A DNA stretch of 63,792 nt, counting the filler, from Lenisia limosa (taxonomy: Eukaryota > Protista > Breviatea), in the NCBI GenBank assembly GCA_001655205.1. It is 9 parts of 9 records of this genome, joined end to end, with 100 filler letters (N's around TTAATTAATTAA, not from the genome) between each part and the next. Parts side by side here need not be neighbours in the genome. Positions count along the whole stretch, not along the records: positions 1 to 10,836 come from LPNZ01000891.1; positions 10,937 to 20,834 come from LPNZ01002465.1; 7 more parts are not named here. The stretch is one strand, 5' to 3'. Positions 1-13,900 of the stretch are shown piece by piece. The notes under the pieces were generated by a model. The model made no database searches and was not told the origin of the DNA. It saw only the letters and a program-made list of their open reading frames with translations. A program made the position numbers and the translations under genes. Every line of letters starts with the position of its first letter. The stretch's first letter is position 1.

Positions 1-266
1 TATGGTGGTATACAGATGGTATATGTAGTGTGTATGTGAGGTATATGCAGTATATGTAGATATAATATCACAAAACAATCATCTCAATTTCCTCGCGTCG
101 GTCAGGGCAAGACCCAAGTAAACTTTAAGTTATTTTAACTAAATGTGCTCATATTTGAAAAAAAAGCTTGATTACTTTTCTGGAAGAGTTTGAATCAGTA
201 AATCTCAGCAACAGCCATAATATACAACTCCTCTACTTTATAACTCCAAAAGCACCAGCGAGAGTT

Positions 267-3200
267 GGAATTTCAAGAATACCGTTTTCGCTTCTTCCCC
301 ATCTACTGTGTCCTAGACTTCTTCTTCCGACGTGAACATGTTGTAGCCCTCACCCAAATATACGAAGCGTATTACCCTCGCCTTTAACGATGTTTGATGT
401 TGGCCAGCGTATCAAAGAGGCCAAGAATGAGTCTCTGGGTTATGACGTCCACATCTCAGACCGCGTAAGAAATATATCTTAAATGAATTAACGCAATTCA
501 ACTAATAGACTAACTTCTTTTAGGCATTGAAAATGATGGACTTTCTTATTGAGAGTTTTTCTGGAGTTATCGTTGAACTTCCGCTCTCAGTTTCGGCCGA
601 ATTAGACCGATTTTCAATCTTTGGTTCTACAGTTACAATGTCTGAGTGACTTGGTCTCAGTTCTAAACTCCCTGTTACAGTATCGTTTGAAATATTGTGA
701 TTATCGCAGCATCGATCAGTACTGATTGTGTAGGATGGATGATGAGTCATCAGACCTCGACATCAACCTCAAAACCAACAGAACCTGTTCACAACTGGAG
801 GCCAAAAATATCCTTGAAGCGTAAGGGGGCTACATTTTTGTCTCTTGTGTTCTCCATTCATGTTTTTAGTTTGAAGGAGAAAATGCTCGAAAAGCGGTAA
901 GGCGGTTCACCTATTTTTTCCATAATAATTTATTTGTAGCAGGGATGAAATTGAGATTACTGGTCCATTCAGCTTATCGATTCCTTGTATTCAAATCTCT
1001 TGCAAAAATGAAGATTACAAAGTGAGTGGTGCCTCTTTTTTTTTGGTCGCCAATTTTTTTTCCATGACCATTTAGTTCGATTTTACTGTCAACAATTTCG
1101 AAGGGCAAATCTTCAGTGATTATTTGAGGTCTCTTCTAAAGACCTCAATGAAACTTTTCCACATGTTCAAAATGATTTTGAAGTGGACTCATGATGTAAG
1201 CTAAGTCCCTTTTGTTCTGGGAATTAATCTGGGTGGCGCTTACTCATCAGGAGAACCTTCCGGGGTCAAAGAACTATGGTCTCAGTAGAGGAGCCTGGTA
1301 TATTTTGATTCTCAAATTTTTGACAAAGGTATGAAAAACATGTATTCCAAGGTTCATGTATTACCTTCTTAGCGTGGATATCTATGCCATCATTGTCATA
1401 ATCCTCGAAAGAAGTCCAATCTCGCTCCGCGTCTTGATGGCCTTCCTACTTTTATTAGAGTAATCTGGATTCAATATCAAAATGAACAGCACATGTGTGA
1501 AGTAATATGATATGATATACATTTGATATACTATCGGTATAGTATATACTATATCATATAATAATGGCTTTGAAATAACATGCAGCTCCACCCAGAAACC
1601 ACCTTCATCTCTTATATATCTAATACTATAAATAATAGAATATTACTATATCGATGTATCATAATACCCTCGGGAAAATTAAAAAGTAATATATTTTTCG
1701 TTTTGGGGTATTTTTTTTTCTCTAAAAATCATATTGTCACTCTTATCGAACTATTAGAAGCATAAAATATCTTTTTCGGGACAAAGGAGATAAAGGGGTA
1801 AGAAGGGTGGGGGTGACACGTCATCAGAATGGCATATATATATATATATGATATGATGAGAAAATATGACATTTATCATATTTACCCGCAGGAATAGGAT
1901 AAATGACATATTTTGACTCATTGTTGCCCACTTGTTTTAGAGAATAGTTATATTTTGCGTTGTTTAAACAGAGAGAAAATGGCAGCCGAATGATAGTGCT
2001 AGCACAATAAGGAGGGTCAAAATCCCATTTTAAAAGAGTGATCTCAAAAAAACAAACATATTCTCTTTGTATTGTCAACTACAGAGAACAATACCCTTGA
2101 GAACTCTGACTGTTAAGGCTGAGAGCAGGGGATTTCAACCAACCAAGAAAAATCATATACTATATTTATAAGATAGCATACCATATGTATCATGTCATAT
2201 ATTATATCTCTCATATGATATGTAGCTATATGTGTTGCTTTATGATATGAAATATGATATGATATATCAGTGTTCCAGATAAATAGCTTCCATGATGCCT
2301 TGTTTACGAGTCTATTAAAATCAATTTTTGTGAAAAGGGTGTCATTTTGTTGCTAGATAGTAGATCATAGGTTTGTGTTTCCAAACTATACAATAAAGAA
2401 CTGACATTGACTTAACATAAAAGCAAATACATCGCGTTACATGAAAGTTGCAGGTTTTTTCTGATCACTCAGATACCCGATACTATGACTGCTGAATCGC
2501 TTTATATAAGCTTCAGGCAGTTCTACGCCCAACCAGAGGAGGTTAGACTTCTTTCTTGCCATTTTTGTAATAGTTTAGGTGTTTAAAACCCCTATCTTCA
2601 TTGAAAAGGCTGATATTAAGATGAAGAGTACTCTCACTCCGCTGAAGGTTCCACAAAAAGTTGGATCATTGTCTACAACCTCAGTTTTTCTTTTTTGGAA
2701 TTGTGATTTTGATGAAGCCTTTTTTTGAACTTGTCTTACCCTCACAGTTAGTTGAACAATTCCGATATTCCTCCAAAGAACAGCCTATCTTCATTGTCAC
2801 TATCACGGGTTTGCTGCTTGTATTGGATTCATAAAATCTCAGCTATTTTGAACACCTGATTGGCTGACAGTTTAGGTATCCATGCATCACGCTCATTATC
2901 CCCGGAGTCTTCCAAGCTTATCATAGCTGCAATGAAGCGGGATGTACCTGAGCTGTCAAGTTCTGACGTTGTCGTTGAGTTGTCTGTAGCAACTACCTCC
3001 AATCCCTTCTTTGAACAGACTGCCCCTGTGGTATGCTGGATGTCTGTGGACAAGGATCTAGTATCTTACTCCCAACAGCTTAATTTGGATATTACTCTCT
3101 ATTTTTATTACTGGTTGCAAAATTACGATATCATCTGATCTGATCTCAGCCCCATCCCTGGCAAAAGCAAAAAACAGTATCGACCAACTTGTCTGACTTT

Positions 3201-4722
3201 GTGTCGGAAGCTCTTGACGAGATGGATGTCAAAGAAGGTTCGAAAAAGGATAAAAAGATCAAAAAGAAGTCTGACAAGAAGAAAGAGGAAGTGAGAACAA
3301 AAGAGAAGGAGCAGTCTGAGAAGGCTTCCTCAGAGGAAACACCTCAGATTGATCAAGAAGATGTCTGTAACGAATTGGACGACCAGGCTACTCAAAACGA
3401 AGTCGACAATCAAGAAAGCACCGAGAAGAGCTATGATGCAACTAAAAATGAGGCTAAAAAAACGGAATTGAAGAAAGCTGAACTAGAAACGAATAACAAA
3501 ATTGAAGCAAAGGAGAGGAAAAGGAAGACGAAACAAGAGGATGCTCCTTGGTATGTTGCTGAAAAGTATCCAAAAGGAGTATATTATAAGACTGAGGATG
3601 AGAAACTAAAGAATGAAATGCATGAGAAGAAAGAGAAGAAAGAAAAGAAGAAGAAAGACAAAGAAAAGAAGGGAGTCGAAAAGAAAAGAAAGGAAGTTGA
3701 AAAAATTGCTGAAGTAAAAAGACCAGCTGACAATACCACCCCAGGTATGTTGAATTAATGTCACTATCTGTTACTTTATAGTTGCCGCAACAGCCTCATC
3801 AATAGATAACTCGCTTTTCTCAGGTAGGCCTGAAATGGATCTTTCTGGTTAGAGTTGTGTTTTTCTTCAATGAGATCTTTCTTTTTACTATATTATTTTG
3901 GCTTCCCTGCATTTGCTTATTTCCCCTTGCAGTCGCCCCAGTTCGACGCTTCAATGCGGGACCGCCTCCTCCACCGGCAGCAGGTTGGTCAGGGACTTCG
4001 TGTCACATCAGCTGTGTGCGCAGAGATACAAGGCAAATGATTGAGTGAATTAACATTAGACAAAAATCCAATATCTCTAATAAGCGTGATGGTGTGGACG
4101 GACCATTTCTCATTGATATATATAATTACCTGTATCAGCCCACATACTGGTCAGATAAAGCCTGTTCCCATTCTTACGAGGGTCTTATGAGTTTCACAAC
4201 TCAGTACCGCAGCCGCAGCCACCCCCACGCCAACTCCCAGTGCACAGTGACCCAATGCACCAGGTTACTCAGGTCTTGACTCAACTGCAGGTCGGAAGAA
4301 ATTGGGCTCATTTTACTTCCATAAGATAGTTTTAGCGAGCTTTGGGCATTTATCACACCACAGGCTAGGATCCAAGCGCTCGAGGCTGAAACGCTGCATT
4401 TACGAACTGAAAACACCCGCCTACATTTGGAGAATGCCCAGCTGCGTACAAACTCAATTCTCAACAACCCCCAGGCCAAACAGTGGTCGTCACCGTCGTA
4501 CCCTCCACAGACTGCACTGAGCCCTCCCCCTGGACTTGGGTCCAAGACTAGGAGAATGAGTGGTAAGATTGGTCAATGAAGGCAACTTCTGACTTTTTAG
4601 CCACAACACAACCCGCTGAGCAAAGGACACGACAAAGAAATACTTCTGTCAGTACTGTAAGTTACCTAGTTGATGTTTGTTGACTCATCCTTCAGATGCC
4701 GCCTGCCATGCCTGCTGTATGA
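267..4722 (+). CDS. Multi-exon Cid1/TUT/GLD-2-like non-canonical nucleotidyltransferase with K/E-rich low-complexity C-terminus; 5' end outside window
   Basis: Splicing out 648-731 gives SIFGSTVTMSEMDDESSDLDINL (hGS-x12-DhD). Later exons read SIPCIQISCK|FDFTVNN (third Asp), MILKWTHD, SLYISFRQFYA (PAP-associated-like) and QPIFIVTITGIHASRSLS. These join in frame to ORF 3189-3758. Confidence 0.7.
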
Positions 4723-4972
4723 CACCCCCCCCCCATCCACTCACACACACACAAACACAACACTTCTCTTCTGTTTCTTGGTTCACTTTTATCTAATACA
4801 CTTCACCTTGTTCAGCTGGAAATATACAGAGTATACATGTTAAATTACATAGCTATATTAAAACAGGAAACACTATCATGAGCGCTTTTAGAATTGACAA
4901 CATGCGCACCGCATTGTTAATTTAACTTTATTGTAGGCAACTGTGCAATGAAAACAATTATGTCTTACCCGT

Positions 4973-7900
4973 TCAATGATGCCGTTTTAGCAGCTCTGTT
5001 ATGGATAGAGTAGTTGCTGATATGCTTGAAATTTGGGCTTCAAGATTCAACATCTGCAAATATGAGGCTGGAGAAAGATTACTTACATTTTGGGCCATGG
5101 AATCAGGATGAAGTATATCTAAAAGTGGTAAATAATCAAGAGGATACTCCCTTTCAAAACCTTGCAGAAATCCAGCATACCAACTTCCTAAAAACAGTAA
5201 AAAAACACTTGACAAAAGAAGGAATGGGTCAAACATACATGTTGAATTCCTTCTTCTTGTATTCGAAGAGTAGACTGTCGAGCATCAATTTCTGCTTCCA
5301 GAATTGCTAATTCATGGGTGTCCAATTGCTAATCATCAATGTACAAAAGGAACTAACCCTGTCATTGTTGGTGTCGAATTTGTCTATTAGATGTTGGAAG
5401 GTCGTTCCATCCCCCATGTCTACATGGCCATGTTGGCCAAGTACCTCTTCAAGCTCCTTCTTATCGACCATACCGTCACCGTCAACATCAGCCATGTGCA
5501 AGACCGTTTCGGCTCGTTCCAGTGCTTCTTGTTGTCTTTTTATACCTGGAAGATGAGCTATTGTGAGTGTCGGACCTTTTAACGCATCAATTCGACTTTT
5601 GAAGAAGTTTTTGAACGCGACCTAATAAGTCAGAGTCAAAACAGCCAGAGTATATTGTCCCTACCCCAATGTTGTCATTAGTTTGGTTTGCTTTGACAAC
5701 AGCGTAAGCATCAGTAAGGATGGCTAGGAACACTGTTGTCAAAATAAGTGTGCACAAAAGGTGAAACGACTAAAAAATTTGTAACTCACTACCATTAAAC
5801 CTACAACAAAGAAGAGAGGTCCAGCCACTCTATTGGTCAGTTGGATTTCATTGAAGTCAAACACACCCAAAAGTGCTTCCATAAGTGACAGAGCTAAGAA
5901 GATGAATGGACCTCATATAAGGAATATCTATCATCTAGTACAAACTTACACGTGTCTAATACTGAGCGGTATCCAAAGATATCGACATGGAAGAGTAGGA
6001 AACCGGAGTGGCTGAAGCCGATGAAGACAATGCCGAAAATGAAGAAGAAGGTAACAAGGTCGGCTCGGGCAATGGAAAGGGTGTCCGAAAGCTGGCTCAT
6101 ACGCGAGTTGATCCGAAGATATTTAAAGAGTTTAAGAATGCAAAGTAGTGCGTTGACTGCAAAGAGATTTCGAGCCTGTTGTGAATAAACAAAAAGGTAA
6201 AGGGACATACTTGGTCTTCAAGAAATGCAACATAATGGAAGTTGAAAAATTCGGCTGTTTTACCATTCCAATCCTTCACTTCATCTAACAAGTTCTGCGA
6301 CGTAAAGTAGCTGAATCTAAAGTGGGGTAAGTGGTTCATAAATGGACAAAAACGTTACACCCTCCAACAAAGAAATGCCATATACACAGAGGAAAAGAAG
6401 CAAATTAACAATATCAATGTAGTTCCAGTGGTGAACAAAGTACTGCTTTCCTTTACTCCAAATCTCGGTAGCCTAGAGACATCAATGGAATTGATGAATT
6501 TCATAAATATGACATCACCACTAACAAACCTCTTCATAGATGTAGTAGAGAATGAAGAAAAAGAAAACCAGTTCAACAGCAAGGATAAAATAATCACCTA
6601 GAATGCAATGAAAACATTCAACAAATACCCCTACCAATTGTATTATAACGAATAAGGTTCACAGTTCGAAAAGTGAAAAATGGGACAACCTAAAGAATAA
6701 GAACTATGGCTAAGATGTTGTAATATCCCGCATACACCCCCAGATGCCGGAAACTCAAATGACAAACGCACAACATTGAAAAGGTTAACGTTTGCGTTGT
6801 AAACAGTGAAATCCGCAAATACGGCTCGGGTTTGGTTATCAACCCAATTTGTCGTTTCAAGGTCAAGAAGGGTCTGTATAGCCTCTCTGTTAAGTAAACA
6901 TGACAAAAGAATTACCCTCTGAGAGTGGATAGTGTTGTTATGAAGCCTCCACCAGAGTAAGTTTCGATCATCGCCGTGAAGTCTCTGGGAGGTGACCATA
7001 GTAATAATATTATCTACCTATTGCCAAGTTCATCAGCCGAGTGGAACTGAAACGCTGGTCCTTTTGTTCCATAAGTATCAATAGATTCAACACCCTAAAA
7101 AGAGACGTCAAACATTACTGTAGATTAAAAACATTTTAGTTCTATGAGTAACTACCCCCTCACAGATGACCACTCTGGATAGCACTCTGTTACTAAAGAC
7201 TCCATCTGGGAAGGAATATTGCAACCTGGAGAATAACAATTATATCTGCAACTCCCAAAGTAATCATGAATATTATGTATGAATCATGGCACACGTACGC
7301 AAAGACCTACTGGGATCAACTCGTTTCTGCCTTAACCGTGCACTTCCGAGGAACCTGTGTTTTAAGACAAGAAAGAGTTGCTTACCTCCCCACCCCATAG
7401 ACAAAACCCTGCCGATCAATTGTTTGCCGTTGTACTGGCGTTCCTGAAATGCTTATGTTAAATGATTTAGTTCTTTTTATATTCATTTTTAGAGAATATA
7501 CCAAGAGCTCCCGACCATTGAGATTGAAGGGGTCCGTCCACGCATCCGGGGGGTACACGCCGTCAACAAAAGGCCCATGTATATACTAAGGATTAGTTGC
7601 AAATAGCAATAATAACATAATCTAGATTCAATTACACCTTCAAGAAATCAATAATCAAAAAGCTTCCCTTTGATCAAAGGGTCAAGAGGGAATCCCTAAC
7701 CTGAGACCCTTACCCTCCCCTTACCTGCCAGAACTCTTCTATTGTAGCCACGTCATGTGCGTTTTTCATTATATGCGATGAAGACACAGGGAATTCTTCC
7801 TAAAAAACAATAAATAACATTGTTTTAGCAGCAAAACAAACTTGTATGAAGAGGTCTCTCAGAAGATTGGACATAAAAAACATTTCTTCACCAGGCCTTC

Positions 7901-8144
7901 CCACAAACGAAAGAACTAAAACCGGGGTAATGTTCCACCATGGCAATAACCAAAGCTTTATTGAAAGCCATTTTCAATCAAAAAGATATTCTAGGATTAG
8001 AACGGTAACAAAGTAGCAATAATCGGGCCAATTTTGCTTCTCTTCCATTTCCCCCAAACCTAAGAAGATAAACAGGAAACAAGCGTAGGCCAGTCCTTCT
8101 CTGAGACTTGGTGCATTCTGCTTATCTTTCTTTGATCCATCCAT
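4973..8144 (-). CDS. PKD2: Polycystin-2 (PKD2/TRPP)-like cation channel, many exons; possible extra 5' exon at 8217-8330
   Basis: Exons read [99 protein letters not shown], then EF-hand-like [12 protein letters not shown] and a coiled tail ending in TGA at 4973. Confidence 0.9.
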
Positions 8145-8407
8145 AGTGATACCTTTATAATCCTGATGATTCACTTTTGAATGATTTATGTTTCATATCA
8201 CTTGCGTATCACCTCAACGAACCTTTGCTTCAATTTGGTTAATAATTGGTTTCAACAGGTTGAAAATGGAGAATGATGCCTTCTTATGCTTGAGCTTGAT
8301 GAATGCGCTTGATGCCTTGATGCTGAGCTGATAGAGAGAAATTCCTAACCCCGGAACCCGAAGCGGGCCCCAAACGCCAAACCCACTTTCCCATTCCCCA
8401 CTTCAAA
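8145..8407. promoter_or_regulatory. Putative bidirectional promoter between PKD2-like and DNAAF1
   Basis: Divergent starts about 260 bp apart or less on one contig. No specific site identified. Confidence 0.45.
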
Positions 8408-10836
8408 ATGATATTTAAAAATCCTCTACAAGAGGACAATAAGGGAGTTCCATATTTGACGGAAAAATGGCTGAAGCGATACTGCAGTGACATGAATCGA
8501 CAAGGACAGGGCTTTTACATTACCCCTGGTGAGTTCTGCTTTCTTCCAACCGCTGCTATCGTTTATTAATCATGTTAGAGCTAAATGACAAGCTCTACTT
8601 GCACTTTATGGGACTCCATAAGATCACTTCTCTTGAGGCGTACACAGGACTGAAGAGTCTTTGGATGGAAGGCAACGCAATCAACGAAATCTCAGGCCTT
8701 TCAGAAAATATGGAATTAAGATGCTTGTAAGAAAATGGCAATTTGGTAGTAATTTCTTGAATTCAAGAATTTTTTGGGTTTGATGTTTTTAGATTCTTGC
8801 AAGAAAACATGATTTCAAAGATTGAAAATCTTGAGCAGCTGCAGCACCTTGATACCTTAGCGTAGGTTATTTAGATTAGTGAATATGGTGACTCATATGG
8901 TTCATCTCATAATCACATTAACTCTTTAGTCTCTCGCATAATCAGATTTCTATGATTGAAAACCTCGCACCCATTTCTTCTCTACATACGCTTCAGGTTA
9001 GTCACCTTTTTGTTCTATCATGACTTGGCTGCATAACCTATAGTCAGGGATTCACTTTGTTTCAAAAAGAAATAAATTATCGATTAATATTGAAATATCT
9101 TTTTTTTGTTCTGTCAGTAGCCCACTCCTCTTCACCCCTCAGCTTGCCCATAACAAGCTGAGCTCCAAGGAGTCAATTGCACACCTGGCCCAGTGCCCTT
9201 GTATTTCGTATGCCTTCGGAATATTTCATTTTAATCCATATAACATATATATATATAGTATATCATATATGATATTTCAAAGCATAAATAAGAAAAATAC
9301 TAGAATTACAGAAACAAACGAATTTTGAACGTGTGTATGCTATTAAAAATCTAAGTACAATATGACCCAGTATATTAGAATTCCTATTTAATCAACAAAT
9401 TGACCTCAAAAAGGGATGAAAGGTAAAAAAAGGGGGCTTAAAGAATGGGAAACGACCTTTGAAATGAAATAAAACAAATCACCCCAAAGATAAAAGGGTA
9501 GCCAAAGTCAAGGCATTTTACTTTTACTTTTAGCAAATCACAAAACACCGTTATTATAGACTTATTTCTCTCATCTAAAAACAGAATTACCAGGAAAACC
9601 AGATTTACTAAAAAAAAACAGCATTTTGAACTGGCATATGATATCGTTTAATTCGTATACATATAATATGTCATTGGTGAAAATGGAACTGAAAGAAGGA
9701 CAACATTTGGTTCACTCTTTTATAGTGTGGTTTAAGAAAACAAGAAGATTTGTTTTCTTGACTGAATATGCTGTTTCTATCTCTCCTCCTTACCTGTTAC
9801 AACAGAAAGTGACTTAAAAACAAATTGTAACTGTACAGTCCTAGAAAGAGCGGTAACATATTTATATAATTGTATGGATAAATCCAAGATTTGAAAGAAA
9901 GGGAAATTACCAAACATCCACGCTAGGAAGTGTTCTACTCAAAATAACAAAGCTTGTTTAAAATATGCCTTTTGGATACTCTGCGTGCAATTTTTTCTTC
10001 CTAAAAAAGCTGCATAAAATAATTTTTTTCGCATACCTCAACGATAATTACACAGACTTCGCATTGAATTTCATGTTTTTTTCAATGCTAAATAACGCAC
10101 AAGTTGAGAGAAGGTTTATTTAAGACACACGATAGTCTGTATGATATGTAAGAGTAAGAGTTTTGCAATGAAGAACATGGCTAAAGCAAAAACATTTCCA
10201 TTCATATCACTTAGGGTTTTGGACCTCAGTAACAATTCTTTGTCGATGGAAGCTCTTGAAATTCTCGAAGAAATGCCTAACTTGGGTATGGAGAGGGGGG
10301 TGCGCTCTTTGTGGGTCGTGCGTGAAGTCTTGTTTTTTTATAGTCATTTTATTACATCAACCATCATTTTACTTATATGTAGCCGTGCTTAATTTGATGC
10401 ACAATCCCATTGTACGCAGCCTGCCACACTATAGAAAGACCCTAATATGTCGACTTCCGAAGTTGAAATACCTTGATGACCGCCCTGTTTTTGAGGATGA
10501 TAGGAGATGTGCTGAAGCTTGGTAGGCTGGAATAAGGTGGAGGGATAAAGATTTCTTTCAATTGAAGGGCTGATAATTCTTCTGGATACTGGATTCAAAT
10601 TAGTATTTAGAGCTTGTGTTACAGAATAGATCATATGGGATCATTACCTCTTATTAGATCAACCTTAATACGGTTATCTTTGTCACTATACTACTCTTAA
10701 AAAGAATAAAAAGTTACAAGGATAAGAACAGAAGATTAGTGAACAATTTAGGAGCAAAGGAGGACTGGATGCTGAGAGAGCAGAAAGGGCTCAGATTATT
10801 GACGAGAAGCGTGCGAAGGATCAGAGAAATCATGAT
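8408..10836 (+). CDS. DNAAF1: Dynein axonemal assembly factor 1 (LRRC50/ODA7), LRR protein; 3' truncated at spacer
   Basis: [95 protein letters not shown]. Confidence 0.92.
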
Positions 10837-10936
10837 NNNNNNNNNNNNNNNNNNNNNNNNNNNNNNNNNNNNNNNNNNNNTTAATTAATTAANNNNNNNN
10901 NNNNNNNNNNNNNNNNNNNNNNNNNNNNNNNNNNNN
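10837..10936. other. Artificial contig spacer 44N-TTAATTAATTAA-44N (also 20835, 24681, 26149, 29738, 32171, 44394, 57316)
   Basis: Identical 100-bp design eight times; the core has stops in all six frames; genes are truncated at these points. Confidence 0.97.
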
Positions 10937-13900
10937 CCCTCTAAATAACCAACACAGTTGATGTCGAAGTACCTAAACGCTGCCAGGTCTTCACCAGGCA
11001 ATGTAGCCACAACAGCATTCACCTGTTAGGGAGGATAAAAGGATAGCTATATCGATATAATTATATATCATATGATATAATATATGATAATATTTATCAT
11101 CTCATTTGTATTACATACATATAATACAGAAATATATACAGTGATCGGGATAAGTCTGAACCGATTTGATATGATTTCCCAAGGACAATTGGTCAAGACT
11201 TATCCCCAGTCAGTGTATACTCACTTATATACATACACTATGATATATTAATATATCATATATTGTAGTATAATTACTAATATTAATATCATAATTATAG
11301 TGCAAACAACTGAAGTTTTCTTACCTTGATTTTCCTCTTTGCCGAGGCGAGCTCATCGTCCATTTCCATCTCATTTTCCTGGGGAGTGAGAGAGGCCCGT
11401 GGAACTTAAAACAACAGCCATAGAGAAAGTAAGGAATTATTGAGAAGCAAACAACGATACAAACTTAATTCACCTCCTACCTCCTCTCCGATCTTCTCCT
11501 CTTTTTCTTCCTCATTTTCTTTATCCTTCTCTTCCTCTGCTTTTTTTGCCTTGTCTTCACCGGCCTTCTTCACACTGGCATCTCCCTGAGAGTAAAGGAA
11601 ATTTCCATGAAGACCATTGGTGTAAAGGGCGAATCAATATGGCGAAAAAAATCAAAGATATCCTTTTAAAAAGGGGGGATTGCAGGGTAAATGAATATCG
11701 TCAATGGGGACAATATTATAAAAATCGCGGTAGTTTATCAATACTAACCTTTATAGTATTTAATTAATCATAAGTACCCTTGGAGGCATAGGGACAAAAG
11801 ACCTGAAACCAAAAGCTTTCTCAGTTCCTTAACATGCTTTAATTATTGTTTATTTTGTTAAAATATGAAAATATGATATAACTTACAATACAAACCTGAG
11901 AGACAGGATTATTTGATGTGATTCTCACAAAATTCACACTGTTGATCACTTTGGATGGATATTGTTTTAAGATGTACATTTCACTCAATTTTATGTTGTT
12001 GTTTTCAGCATTTCGATTTAATATGTTCACTATGTATCTAAGATCCATAAAATCATGACTTCCCCAGTGAGTTTTTCCAAATAAGCTACTTTTCCTGAAA
12101 TTGACACAGTTTAATGTTTGCTAAATTGATTTGTAACCTCACATCTTTATGAATAAAGAAAATCAAAAGAGGGGGAGCGGGGGCGTGGAGAAAGAGATNN
12201 NNNNNNNNNNNNNNNNNNNNNNNNNNNNNNNNNNNNNNNNNNNNNNNNNNNNNNNNNNNNNNNNNNNNNNNNNNNNNNNNNNNNNNNNNNNNNNNNNNNN
12301 NNNNNNNNNNNNNNNNNNNNNNNNNNNNNNNNNNNNNNNAAAGACTCCCATGAAGCCTCGTACAGTGACTTGGGGCGGTTGGCCAAGAGGTCTCCCAGAG
12401 GCTAAAGGGTGAAAAGGGAATTGTAGTGCACAAACATCCCCTTTATTAGGCTATTCCCCCATTTGTGCACTATCCTTCCTACCTTTGTTAAGGTTTTGAT
12501 GGATTTTCCGTCGTACCACTTGGTGCACGGTTTGCACATAAGGAACCTGAGAATTCAATCGAGCATTTGAGCATATTGACATGGTGTTAATATTGGCAGA
12601 GAAAAGACCCCCCCCCCCCCAATATCCTCCATACGGTATAGTAGGCATGGCTGGTGGAGCAGGCATCTCCTTCTTCTCCTCCTCACTGCATTCCTGTACC
12701 TCGGGCTTGAAAGCCTCTTCAAACTGCTCCGAACACTGCAAAACAATAAACTCAACAAGATATACAAGTGATGGCAAGGATGAACTACAGTTGATAACAT
12801 ACAAATTAAGATTATAACTGACGTCATCTGTTCACCCCCCCCCCCCNNNNNNNNNNNNNNNNNNNNNNNNNNNNNNNNNNNNNNNNNNNNNNNNNNNNNN
12901 NNNNNNNNNNNNNNNNNNNNNNNNNNNNNNNNNNNNNNNNNNNNNNNNNNNNNNNNNNNNNNNNNNNNNNNNNNNNNNNNNNNNNNNNNNNNNNNNNNNN
13001 NNNNNNNNNNNNNNNNNNNNNNNNNNNNNAAAAGTATGAGATACTGATCTACACTCTCATATAGATATAGTCAAATGCCCCTCTCACATAGCTTTTCTCA
13101 GTGGGGACTGATGATCGCGGTCTGTCGTATCTGATTTGTCCCAAATTCAGCCATTCAGTGTCATGATCCAGGAAGAGCCCAGCCTGGTTCTCAAGAGCCT
13201 CTCTGGTGATATTAGGGATAAAAGAATGCGAGTAACCATGCTTTACAAAAGAAAAGACCCCTCCCCCCACAATCCGGCACGACCAAGGGTTTCGATGATC
13301 GGTTCATCGTCATCATCGCCTGTCACGCGGCCGCTGGGAAGAAGATATCTGAGGGGGGGGGGGATTGNNNNNNNNNNNNNNNNNNNNNNNNNNNNNNNNN
13401 NNNNNNNNNNNNNNNNNNNNNNNNNNNNNNNNNNNNNNNNNNNNNNCAATTGCATCGAAATCCCCAATTCTTTCTCTTAGTTGGAGTGAAAAACACTTGC
13501 CTACCCATGATCCGGATGAGAAATGCAAAGAACACCACTCTTCTCGGCGATGGAGTTGGGAAGATCGCTTGCAGCAAGTTTGCCAACCACTTCTGAGTCC
13601 GACCCAGTGAATACGGCCACCTAGAAAGGGGGAGGGGGGTGAAGAAAATTGAATAAATGTACCGAAAAGGTTAATAAACAACCTCCATCTTACCCGGACG
13701 TAATGGACAACCTTTCGGAAGTTTTTGCTTCCACTGATCTACGAGTGTCAAACTAACAATAAATTTGGCTTGCTTTTGAATTTTGTTGAGAGTGGAGGTG
13801 ATAATGCAGACAAGAGCACCAACCTCCCCCCCCCCCACTCTCTCAGTTGTTGATTCCTGGGGGCACACAACAATAGGAACGTGGGTCTTCCACGCGACCT

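Noticed and set aside
1490-2270. Recurrent ATATGATATGAT tracts as a regulatory motif
   Set aside because: They behave like a low-complexity (ATATG)n microsatellite scattered through AT-rich introns with no fixed position.
10881-10892. Conserved TTAATTAATTAA motif as a biological element
   Set aside because: It always sits between 44 N on each side, so it is an assembly linker.
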